DNA of 62,984 nucleotides, the filler included, from Basidiobolus ranarum (taxonomy: Eukaryota), in assembly GCA_040143965.1 (NCBI GenBank). It is 40 parts of 40 records of this genome, joined end to end, with 100 filler letters (N's around TTAATTAATTAA, not from the genome) between each part and the next. Parts side by side here need not be neighbours in the genome. Positions count along the whole stretch, not along the records: positions 52,078 to 53,550 come from JASJQH010005075.1; positions 53,651 to 55,123 come from JASJQH010005076.1; positions 55,224 to 56,696 come from JASJQH010005077.1; positions 56,797 to 58,269 come from JASJQH010005078.1; positions 58,370 to 59,842 come from JASJQH010005079.1; positions 59,943 to 61,413 come from JASJQH010005080.1; positions 61,514 to 62,984 come from JASJQH010005081.1; 33 more parts are not named here. One strand, 5' to 3'. Below are positions 52,078 through 62,984 of this stretch, one piece after another. The position numbers were made by a program, and so were the translations under genes. How positions within the stretch are numbered: position 1 is the stretch's first letter; the number at the start of each line of letters is the position of its first letter. The notes beneath the pieces were generated by a model, which did no database searches, was not told the DNA's origin, and saw only the letters and a list, made by a program, of their open reading frames with translations.

Positions 52078-53550
52078 TGCAGATGTCTTCTTGGAAAGTG
52101 CCTGAACTAGGCAGAGAAAGGGCAGTTGCACTAATTTGAAGTTAGTGGCATTTCAGTAAGGGAGTATTTTGTTGGCCAAAGGCCTCATTCCCTTCTTTAG
52201 GCTGATATTCTGCTCTACATGATAAGGTATCAGGTTTTCCTTGCTGGCTACCTGGTCAATGTGTAATCACAAAATCAAAACTGGCAAGAAATAATGACTA
52301 TCTTGCTTGATGATGGTTGAGAACTTTGGTTGTACTAAAATATTGAAGATTCTTGTGATCACAATAAACTGTGATTTTGTGATTTGCTCCATCCAAGTAT
52401 TGTCACCATTGCTCAAATGCAGCAATAATTGCTAATAGTTTGTTGTCATAGATCTCATAGTTGATTTCTGTGGCAGAGAACTTTCTTGAGTAAAAGGCAA
52501 CAGGGTGCAGTAAGTTGTTATCATCAAACTGTGATAGTACTGCTCCTAGAACAAAGTTGCATGCATCAGTTTCAACAATAAATGGCTTGTCTAGCTTGGG
52601 ATGTGCCAGGATTGGTGCTGAGGTAAAAGCACTCTTTAAAGTTACAAATGCATTTTGGCAAGATGGGTTCCAGTCAAATGGGAGTTCTTTCTTTGTAAGG
52701 TTTGTTAATGGAGCAGATATTTTGGAGTAGTACTTGACAAACCATTGGTAAAAATTTGCAAATCTAAGGAAAGATTGGAAATTGTTCACATTGTTGAGAG
52801 TATTGCATGACAGAACAGATTCAACCTTCTTAGGGTCCATGAAGATACCTGATGGGCCGATGTTATATCCAAGGAATTCAACTTGAGCTTGATCAAATTC
52901 ACATTTCTCAAGTTCAGCATAGAGCCCACAGGTTTTCAACTTTTCTAGGACTTGGCAAACATGAATATTATGTTCTTCTTGAGAGCATGAGAAGACCATG
53001 ATATTATCAAAGTAGATTGCCACAAATTGGTCAAGATACTTTCTGAAGATATCATTCATCATGTGTTGAAAGACTGCAGGGGCATTGGTAAGTGTTAAAG
53101 TATTTGGGAGCCTGTTGGAAATGGTTTGGAGAATTAGAGGAATTGGTGGTTTTCACTTATTGATTTATTGAGCAGAAAGTTGACATTAATAGTTTTGTGA
53201 AGATGTAAACAAACTAACATGTAGCATGTGTTAAGGAAGGTCCCATGAGCATGTGTGCAAAGTTTGGGGCTTCTAGCACAAGTTTAAAAAATCTACATAT
53301 CTGAGAACTTCTAAGTTGGTCAAAATATTGCAAGTGAATTCCAATTGAGAATAATTGATAATATCTTAGCAAAGTATAGAATAACTAAGTACTAAGCTAT
53401 ATATGACTATACAGGTGTTTTGGCAATACTAATTTCAACAGTAAGTCCAAATGGGATGACATTGTATTCAAAGTGTCCATAGCAAGTTCAAAAGGCAGTT
53501 TTCCGTTGGTCTCCTGGTTTGATTCTTACAATGTTGTAAGCACCTCTTAG
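52078..53550 (-). mobile_element. Ty3/gypsy RT-RNase H remnant
   Basis: PFGLTNAPAVFQ, IYFDNI (decayed YLDD), VETDA...GAVLSQ, HPVAFYSRK, NYEIYD. Confidence 0.95.
53093..53440 (-). repeat. Solo LTR family A (348 bp) with perfect GTAAG TSD
   Basis: GTAAG at 53088-53092 and 53441-53445; splits the PFGLTN codons of gypsy RT. Confidence 0.96.
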
Positions 53551-53650
53551 NNNNNNNNNNNNNNNNNNNNNNNNNNNNNNNNNNNNNNNNNNNNTTAATT
53601 AATTAANNNNNNNNNNNNNNNNNNNNNNNNNNNNNNNNNNNNNNNNNNNN

Positions 53651-55123
53651 TGAAAGATGCAGCAGGCAATGTATTGAATACCGGCATAGATTCAGTCTAT
53701 CTTTAAACTTGTAATAAAGTTTTTTGTACCCAATTACAAACTCTTTGCACAGTCACTGTATCTGCCTGAGATCTGCCAATGTGAGTTGATGCCATAAGAA
53801 TATATTAACAATATCCACAAACAACTCCCAATGTTGCCAATACTTAACAGGCTGAAATCTTTTTGAAATTCCACTTGAATATACACAAATCCAATATGTC
53901 CAGTCTTTGCATTTGAATAAACACCTAGATGAGTGGATATTGATGGGAGTCCTGGTAAAATATGATGGTATCTTGACATTTTCAAGCATATTCCCAATTG
54001 ATTCAAACTTTAATTCTATCTTGAATGGCTCATTCAAATTGCACTTTCCATGATATAGCAGAGTAAGTAGTATTGGAATGTTGTTGAATAGTAAGTGTAT
54101 AGCTCCTAATGGGAAGCTCTGGCTCCAGCTGATCCCCTTTAGCAATATAATCTTAGGCTTATGGCTAATATCAAGTTTGATGTTAGACTGACTATTTGGT
54201 GAATTGATATCAGTGGTCATATTGAAATCTGACTCGGCTTTTGACAGTAAAATCACAAAGTTTAGCGTTGTATATAGATAGCAGTAATGCGTATGCCTGT
54301 TAGAGTAAACTCCATTGATTTGACAGAATCTACAGCAAGATAGTGCATTGTGCCCACAAAAACCTCCAAGTTTACTGATAGCAGGGGTGTCACCAATACA
54401 TACAATGATATCAGCTTTAATAAAAAATTCACCCATCTGAACTACATTAGATAACCGTTCAAATTCTGCAATCAAAGGCTCCAAGAAGCTATCTATAAGC
54501 ACTGGTGATTTAGGACCAGATATGATGGAAAGTATAAAAATATTATGACTCTTATACCATTCAGAAGGAGGAAGATTTAAGTTGATTAAAATTATTGGCC
54601 AGCAAGCCTTTCCAACTATATATTTGTTTAGTGAGAAACCATCTAGAGCCAATGCAAATGCATGATCACACATGTTCTCAAAGAAACCTTGACTTTTCAA
54701 ATTCTGGTAGTGATATCCATCAAGTATATTGGTAACACCATCAGCTTTACAGTGAGTACTTTGGTATTGGATCCATGATCTATATTTGGGTGATTTCAGC
54801 AACACTTTGAGATGGGGAATCAATGGTATATAAGCTAAATATGATCAATATTTACCTGATTTAGTGATTGCCAATTGTGTGCAAACAGTACATGACTTCA
54901 GGTTTTTTGGATCAGTGGTGAAAGCCAAACAACCATTTAGACAGAAAGGTAGTTTAATTACTGAAGGATTATAAGTCATACGATTGACAAGTGTTTTCCA
55001 CTTGTACCAGGACTGTGGCAAGCAACAGTTGCCAATCAACTGTGGTAAAAGTGTAAGAAACCAATAAACACCTGGTTGCTAAGATTGGATTGAACTCTCC
55101 ACTCCTCAATAATCAAAGCTGCT
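53651..55123 (-). mobile_element. CMC/EnSpm transposase core, best preserved copy (356-aa open frame)
   Basis: ALALDGF...WPIILINLNLPP..Y...NI....IISGPKSP..DSFLEPLI.EF..L, GDTPA..KL.GF.GHN...CRFC. Confidence 0.92.
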
Positions 55124-55223
55124 NNNNNNNNNNNNNNNNNNNNNNNNNNNNNNNNNNNNNNNNNNNNTTAATTAATTAANNNNNNNNNNNNNNNNNNNNN
55201 NNNNNNNNNNNNNNNNNNNNNNN

Positions 55224-56696
55224 ATAGTCAAACCTAGTAGAGCTGCAATAGGAATCTTTATTATCTTATTATGATACAGGATATACTATCTAGTTAAGGA
55301 AAGGATGAAGAATATGGTGCAGTTTTGGATGTTGCTAAGGCTAGAAGCTTTTTCACTAGGGGGAAGGGTTGCTTATAAAAAGAAACTGCTTAGAATAAAT
55401 GCTATGCATTGGAGGCTGAGAATAAATGCTATGAGTGGGTGGCTTAGCATCTAAGTGCCAATAAGATCACCAATATAGTAACTGTGGCTTTGAAACTTTG
55501 AACACATCAGCATCAAGTACTGTCGCAACTCTGTGTAAAATTTGAAGAAAATTCATAAGCTGTTTCAAAAGTTAGTACTAATTTTGTGTGCATCTTGAAG
55601 TCCTCAATTCCTTTGTTCTGAATAAATGTTAGTGTTGATTTTTGTTTTGGCAATTTTGAAATGGTTGTAGCTCTACCAATAACAGATCAAATATTATGAT
55701 TCTTACACGGTTGAAAAGCTCTAATTCAGGAGTTCTTGATTGCAGCTAAATATATTGTCATAAGCTAAGTATTGGTGCAACTGTGAGAAATTGAATATTC
55801 TTGTTCTTTTTCTTGATCTATAAAAATATTATAAGCTATCAATATATAATATTCTTACAACTTATTATGTGCAATATATTGTTGGAATATTTCCAACACT
55901 ACACCGGTTTTTGTATGAGATTTCTACTATCATATGCCCAAGCAACTTTGGGTCATTGTGTAAGCTTATTGGTCCAACATGTATTCTGCACTGCCAGATT
56001 GTCACAGTCCACTTTGTATGTATGGTAGGGATTGATTGTACTCCTGTAGGAGAATGAATGGAGGTAGCAGCATGTTGCTGCAGGTTAAGTACAGTATTCT
56101 GAAGGGCTTATATCATTGTTGAGTGACTCTCTAACTGTTAAGTAGTTGCTTCAGAATGCTGCATTAGTTGCAATATTGTGGCGTTATTGCTTTTCATAGC
56201 CTGTATAGCAACTTTGTAGCTTTTACTTATAATTGCATACAAATCTTTATGGTGTTCTGCCTACAATTCCCTTGTAGTAATAATTCTATCCAAACTTTCT
56301 ACAGAGGATTGTTCAGTGCTGGGCAAAGTAGCCATTTTTGGAAGTTGATAGTCATGATGGTGCTTTTGTTAGACTTTGCTCAACTATTGATTTACTACAT
56401 AATAGAGGGAATACAATGGCTTCACTTGCACAATTGCTGGAAAGAAACACATCTGGTAAATTGCTCAATCCTTCATCATTACTTGAGTTAGTTTCCAGCA
56501 TTTTAATGCCTTGCAAAGTGGATAGTGGATCACTAGACTGCTCATCAATTAAGTCCTCTTTACTAGCTGGTTTTTTTCCTTTTGTGCCAGCAGGCTTTTG
56601 CTTTGAAGCCAATTTTGATTTAGATTTTGAATGCTTTTTGAATGGCATTGATAGTCTCACATGGTAAACTTGGTGTAATGAAATTGCTTAGAAACA
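55224..56696 (-). repeat. CpG-depleted degenerate coding repeat, family unknown
   Basis: Lys/Ser-rich ORF remnant; 56370-56405 matches 37765-37800 in reverse. Confidence 0.4.
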
Positions 56697-56802
56697 NNNN
56701 NNNNNNNNNNNNNNNNNNNNNNNNNNNNNNNNNNNNNNNNTTAATTAATTAANNNNNNNNNNNNNNNNNNNNNNNNNNNNNNNNNNNNNNNNNNNNAACA
56801 AT

Positions 56803-57678
56803 ATGGCAAACAAAGTCTGGTTGATTACTGGTTGTTCTTCAGGTATTGGTCAATACATGGCCTATGAGGCTTTGGGACGAGGAGACAAAGTAGTGGCAAC
56901 ATCTCGCAACCTTCAAAAGTTACAAAAGACCTTTTCCAAGTACCAGAGAAAGGAGCCAACAAAAAGTGCATCATTGTTGTTGAAAAAGATTGATGTCACG
57001 GACAATTTTGAGGTTATCCAGAAAACGGTCAAGGAAATTGTGGACGCCTTTGGTCCGATCGACGTCTTGGTCAACAATGCTGGTTACGTTGAAGAAAACT
57101 TTCTTGAGTTTGCCTCTAGCAAACAAACCTTAGATCAATTCAACACCAATGTCTTTGGCTTATTGACCATCACCCGTACTGTTCTTCCTTACATGAGACA
57201 ACAGAAAACAGGCACCATTGTTAACATCTCTTCCGGTGCTGGTTGGGACGGCTTCCCTATTACTGGTCTGTATGCTTCCTCTAAATTTGCGGTTGAGGGT
57301 CTCAGTGCGGCGTTGAGAAAAGAAGTGGCTCATTTGGGCATCAAGGTACTTGTGGTGGAACCAGGTTTTACCAGAACCGAATTCTTTCAAGAAAAGACAA
57401 TGGAAAAGATTGTCTGTGTTGATGATTACAAAGAGATGTTGGATGGTTACAAGAAGAACACCATGCTATACAACGGTCAGCAGCCTGGTGACCCAGCCAA
57501 ACTTGCCAAGAGTATTACAGATGTTGTCCGAGGAGAAAACTTTGCTGCTCACCATGAATTCCCAGACATTCTACCTTTCAGTGAAGATAATTACAATCTT
57601 ATTAAGAACAAGTGTGAAAATACTTTAAAGTTACTTGAAGAATGGAAGGAAGTGATTGTTGATGTCAACTTTGAATAA
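56803..57678 (+). CDS. Classical short-chain dehydrogenase/reductase (291 aa, intronless)
   Basis: TGCSSGIG, DVLVNNAG, NISS, YASSK, VVEPG; complete ORF. Confidence 0.96.
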   Translation: MANKVWLITGCSSGIGQYMAYEALGRGDKVVATSRNLQKLQKTFSKYQRKEPTKSASLLLKKIDVTDNFEVIQKTVKEIVDAFGPIDVLVNNAGYVEENFLEFASSKQTLDQFNTNVFGLLTITRTVLPYMRQQKTGTIVNISSGAGWDGFPITGLYASSKFAVEGLSAALRKEVAHLGIKVLVVEPGFTRTEFFQEKTMEKIVCVDDYKEMLDGYKKNTMLYNGQQPGDPAKLAKSITDVVRGENFAAHHEFPDILPFSEDNYNLIKNKCENTLKLLEEWKEVIVDVNFE

Positions 57679-58369
57679 ATAAAACAGCATAGTGAAACAT
57701 TTTAATTGCATCTTACGTCTAATTGCATCACAGCCTCATTTAAAGCAACTTTTAAGCCCTCTCTGTCCTCCTTTGGAGCAGTATTGTTGAGAAGGATTTC
57801 AAGAGTCCTTCAAGTATACGGCATATTGCTTTCTCATTTGCTACAGGTCTTGTAGACTTCGATATATTAGGTGAGGCATTAGAAAAGTAAACATATATCT
57901 AGTTTATTGTGTAGTGAGCATTTAGGCTCTTCCAGCTCTAGTTACACCATTGAAGTTATCATGCTCTCTAGTTACAGTAGTAAATGCTTGCTTGAGTCAC
58001 CAAACTGGCTCTGGCTGACTTTCAACACTTTCAGGTTGTTCACCAGTGGAAGTATCATCCTCCAAGTTTTTGGAGGAGGGAGCAGCTGAAGTTGGGGCCA
58101 GATATGTAGCACCACCTACTCCATTTGCTGATTTTTCGCAAGTGGATGGTCGGGTTGTGACTGGTGCTAACCCAGCCAGTGCCAAATCTACCGCAGATAA
58201 TGCCATCAGGTGTTCTTAAGTCTTTAAGAAAAATAATCTCTAGTATAATGATAATAAATTAATATATAANNNNNNNNNNNNNNNNNNNNNNNNNNNNNNN
58301 NNNNNNNNNNNNNTTAATTAATTAANNNNNNNNNNNNNNNNNNNNNNNNNNNNNNNNNNNNNNNNNNNN

Positions 58370-59770
58370 GTAACAAAAACTTGAGGATTGTTATTGTAGG
58401 AAAACTGTCAAAATTTTAATCCATTTGGGATTGACCATTTACTTACCATCATAAAATCATCAAGTTAGATTTGATTTTAATCAATTTTTTCAGTTTCAGG
58501 AGTGAAATTTCAAGCTCTTGCAAAATAGTTGCAAATTTTTGGCTACAATTGGAGAGAACTATGGATCAACACATGTGCAAGAAACATAACTCAAATTTTA
58601 TACATTTATCACTTGAATGCTATTTTTTCACCTTTGAAATTCCTAGTTTCTTTTATATATTCTCCTGAATATTTTTATAGAGTTCTTCATACCCAAGGTT
58701 TAGCTCATATCCAACACAAGTTTGTATCAATAGCTCCATCAAAGCCCACCATTGTATTAACATTGCTGAATCAACATTCCTCCAGCTATCTGGCAGATAC
58801 TCTGCAACATTGTGCCATTCTGTATTAAGTTCTTCCCAGATATCTGCATGGTCAACACTAGACTGAATGTCAAGTTGAATGTTCTTCATCTGAAGCCATT
58901 TTCTGAATACTTGTACTGTGTTTTTGCCATCATACTTTTGAAAATACTCCTCAAGCACTTTGACTATTTTTGTACATCCTTGTAGTGTGACACCACTGAG
59001 GGTGCTTTGCAGTGTTTGTATGGCTTTTTGCTTGCCTTTAACTTTGGGGCTAATTTCAACACTTTGAAAAGTACCAGTTGAGGTTGGAGAGCTGTGAGTT
59101 TTATTTTCTGGTGTTTTGGCTTGATGAGAGGTGCCAAGTGTTGGATAAACTTCCAAATTTAGTCCTCTTCCTACTGGTGTACCTGGTTCCATAGTGAAAT
59201 TAAGCTTTTTTTCCAGTATATCTGACTCTGTAAATGCAGATCTTTGTAATAGTGTGAGGAATTTGGTAAGTGGAACAGTAGAGCCTAAGCTCACTGGCTC
59301 CTTTGCTTTTCCCTTTGTTTTACTCACTTTGTGCTCCCGGAGTACTTCTCAAGCTGCTTTTCTTTGTTTTCCAAGTTGAAAACTGTGTACATTTCTGAGA
59401 TGTTCCATCAATAGGCCTATACTGGCCCAATGCTTGAAAAAACCCATGATAAGCCTCATGAAATAAGTCAAGAGCCTTCAGAGTCATGCCTGGTTCTTGG
59501 TTTTTCCACAGTTGGCTCAAGTCCAGGTGATTTTCCCTTGGGTTTACTAACTTCCTGCTCCTTCAGTACTTCTTTAGCTGCTTTTCTTTCTTTGCCAAGT
59601 CGATAATTGAGTACATTTTTAGGATATTTCATGAATACACCTATACTAGCCAATTGCCATTTGCTTGCAAAAACCCAGGATAAGCCACATGAAATTAGTC
59701 AAGAACCTTCAGAGTAATGCCTGGTTTTTGATTTTTCCACAATTGACTCAAATCCAGGTGATTTTGGGCA
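58370..59770 (-). mobile_element. Longest R1 copy (224-aa open frame plus upstream ~225-230-bp tandem duplication)
   Basis: ORF 58653-59327; duplicated blocks at ~59341-59535 and ~59565-59766. Confidence 0.75.
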
Positions 59771-60067
59771 AGATTCCACACAGTTTCCAAAATGTTAAAC
59801 CACTCATCATCAGAGCAAGTGACGGCAGCTCTGACATTCAGANNNNNNNNNNNNNNNNNNNNNNNNNNNNNNNNNNNNNNNNNNNNTTAATTAATTAANN
59901 NNNNNNNNNNNNNNNNNNNNNNNNNNNNNNNNNNNNNNNNNNGGATATGCGTAATGAGATTCGGTTATTCTTGCTCCTTTCTCCACTCAGTTTTTGGTGC
60001 ATTAATACAAAGATTTCCCAATTAATCATTTTGTCTTTTCCTTAAGCAATACGGGTAATCTCTTCAA

Positions 60068-61013
60068 GTAATGACACATCTATTTGTGGCAGGACATTTG
60101 TTGACTGCAAGTTGAGGATATTTTAGCTGAATTCTTTATGGAAATTTGCCAAAATTCAAGAGCGTATTCTCATTGTGAATGGTAACAAGAGTCAGCTATT
60201 TGCCAAGTGTCAGTGCTATTCAAAAGTTCAGATGTTTAGCAATTTTTCCACCATTAGTTTGGTGTAAAGCATATTGATGTTGTTGAGTTATGTCTAATCA
60301 GTCAAGTATGTGCATATGTAGAGGCTAAACACAACAAGATTCTTGTATTTTTTGATTCTCATTATAGCTGGAATACAAAGCCTAAAATATCTAAATGAAG
60401 GCATGCATATCAATTCAATTCCCTACAGCAGTAAACCCAGTAATTTTTCATTTGAAGATTAGATTTTTGCATAAATTGTTGGAAATTAAACAACACATGC
60501 CAAATATGAGGATCAATATTTTAACTTTTATGAATACTATCAAGATGCCATCATGAAGCTGCCAGCACATCATCAAAATCCCTGGCAGAATGCAAGCCAC
60601 CAATATTGTGATGGTTCTCTGATGGTTTTGCAATTCAGAAGGGTGGATCCAATCCAGATCAAATCAATTCTATTTTTGTTAAGGCTTGGGTATGATGAAC
60701 TCTATAGAAATATTCAGGAGAATATATCCAAGAAACTAGGAATGTCAATGGTGACAAATTAGCATTCAAGTTGTAAATGTGTAAAATTTGAGTTATGTAT
60801 TTGCACATGTGTTGATCCATAGTTTACTGAGTTTGTAGCCAATCATGTGCAACTACTTTTCAAGATCTTGAAATTTCACTCCTGAAATCAAAAAAATTGA
60901 TTAAAATCAAATCTAACTTGACAATTTAATCATGGTTAGTAAATGGTTAATCCAAATTGGACTAAAATTGTGATGGCTTTCCTACAATAACAATCCTCAA
61001 ATTTTTGTTAGGG
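60068..61013 (+). mobile_element. R2 terminus (to 60684) joined to the distal part and terminus of R1 (60685-61013)
   Basis: Segments end TTGTTAAGG and TTGTTAGGG respectively. Confidence 0.78.
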
Positions 61014-61289
61014 CTATTGTCATGATTCAGATCTCAATATACTCATCACCTGCAAACAGAACTCCACCATTATTAGATTATGACATCATATCTGCTGTGC
61101 CATTGTTTTTTGGCAATCTTGTGATTTGTTCATCCAGGTTACCTCATATGGAAGTCATATTCTTTGAAACATTCCATGAAACCTAACCAATCATGTCATT
61201 CCACAAATAGTGTATTTCCACCAAGACCTTACATCATCCCTCCATGTATTGGTTCTTAACATCCCAATACTTGAACTTGCTACAGTATA

Positions 61290-61413
61290 TGTTGAAATTA
61301 GAATTGCCTAAACACCTATATAGTCATATATAGCTTAGTACTTAGTTATCTTATAATTCACTAAGATATTATCAATTATTCTCAATCGGAATTTACTTAG
61401 AATATTTTTACCA
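61290..61413 (+). repeat. LTR family A 5' part
   Basis: TGTTGAAATTAG... Confidence 0.85.
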
Positions 61414-61739
61414 NNNNNNNNNNNNNNNNNNNNNNNNNNNNNNNNNNNNNNNNNNNNTTAATTAATTAANNNNNNNNNNNNNNNNNNNNNNNNNNNNNNN
61501 NNNNNNNNNNNNNAAATATTGAAAATGTTGTTAAAAGCTTTCTGCTCATGTTTTACAAATATTGACATACTACTAGCACTAAGCTCCATATATGTTTATT
61601 TATATACAAAACAACAAAATAGTCATTAAAATAAACTTTTGGGCTATGTAACCTGGCAGCACAAAGGTGCTACATATTTAAAAAGTTGTACCTAATGCAA
61701 TGTATTTGTAACTAAGGTATTCCAACTGATATAAATAAA

Positions 61740-62575
61740 AGCAACGTGCACTACAGAGCCCTCTATAATTTCAAAAACATACTAACTTTCAAGCTGTGTA
61801 GTATTGGAAACATGCCTTTATGCATTGCCCCTGATTTCATAGAGGCTACATAAGTGGTAGACTGTCAATGCACACTACAAATGCAAGCCTCTTTCTAAAA
61901 ACTTGTTTACTTCCATAGTGCATATCTGTTACCACATCATTATATTGTAACTCTGACTTTACAGGAGTCACAAAGACCACTCATCCCTTGATGTGCACTA
62001 CAAACTTAAGCCTCTTTTTAAAAACATATTTACTTTTGGCATGCATATAACTGATACCATGTCATTATTTTTCCCCTATGATTTTATAGGAGTTACAAAG
62101 ACTGCTCATCCCTTGACATGCACTACAAACATGAGCCTCTTTTTAAAAACATATTTACTTTTTGTTTGGGTATAACTTAGACTCCATAATGTTATTTTTT
62201 ACTTTTGAATTTAAAGGAGTTAAAAAGCCTCTCATCCCTTGATGTGTACTACAAACATGAGTCTCTTTTTAATAACATACTAGCTTCTGGCATGCATATA
62301 ACACATACCCTGTAATGATATTTCACTTTTGACTTTATTAGGGTTCCATGATTATACATCTCTCAATGCACACTACAAATGTGAGCAACTTTTTTATAAA
62401 ACCTGTTTACTTTTAGCACTTTTATAACAGATACTGCATCTTTATATTCTATTTCTGATTAAGTAGGAGTTAAGACAATCATAAATCATTAATTGTGCAC
62501 TACAAATGTGGTCAACTTTTTAAAAACTTTATTTTTTTGGCATGCATAATAGAATGACCATGTCATAAATTTGCT
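61740..62575. repeat. Tandem array of about seven ~125-bp units
   Basis: CACTACA(AA) anchor at ~61749, 61873, 61996, 62121, 62247, 62371 and 62498. Confidence 0.88.
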
Positions 62576-62984
62576 CTTGATGCAATGTTCTCAAACCTGA
62601 AAATATATGAAGTTACTGAATTTCCATATCCACTATAATAGGGTGGCACAAGTGACTACTGATGATTAACATGGTGATTACAGACAAGCCACTGCACATT
62701 ACAATTACTCCAGAGAAATACAATGGCTATACTTTATGATAACAGCTGACATGTCAACATTTACAAAGTATACTATTGATGAAAGATGAGAGTAAAGATC
62801 ATGGCTAGGTATGATAGTTGATATGATGAAGCATGCATCATTTCCGCCTTTGCTATATAACTATGGACATATCTTCTCAAAGATGATTTATTTAAAGGTT
62901 CAAGCAATATCATGCCACAAAAATATCAAGATTGCTTCCCACATCTACCTACTAGAAGAGGCAAAGGTAGTGTTCAAAGTGGGA

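Noticed and set aside
61005-61013. TTAGGG as a telomere or telomere-addition site
   Set aside because: Only single hexamers at transposon termini, never tandem.
61740-62575. CRISPR-like array
   Set aside because: Similarity extends across the whole ~125-bp unit, there are no unique spacers, no cas genes, and the context is eukaryotic.

Overview
This window is not one locus. It is about 40 short contigs (~1.47-1.48 kb each, in decreasing length order) joined by an artificial N44-TTAATTAATTAA-N44 spacer, so adjacency only means something inside a contig and ORFs containing X are artefacts. The DNA is eukaryotic: short spliceosomal introns, RPS17, RAB2, a SOF1/DCAF13 C-terminus and chitin-binding/chitin deacetylase genes suggest a fungus, probably an early-diverging one (inference). 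Most contigs are decayed, strongly CpG-depleted transposons: Ty1/copia, Ty3/gypsy including a chromodomain type, a CMC/EnSpm family with CCCTA termini, a PIF/Harbinger-superfamily element with MITEs, and at least five LTR families, often nested. The most notable observations are: (1) a decaying giant-virus (Nucleocytoviricota, iridovirus/Pimascovirales-like) early transcription factor large subunit gene at 1585-2994; (2) a ~285-bp LTR-like element carrying a 73-nt tRNA-like gene (AGA anticodon, short variable loop), seen in two partial copies; (3) a U12-type AT-AC intron in RAB2; (4) two paralogous, apparently non-coding structured units with an identical 23-nt 5' block; (5) an autonomous PHIS transposon and its 182-bp MITEs with mostly ANT target sites. 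All family assignments come from motif recognition by eye, not from database searches.
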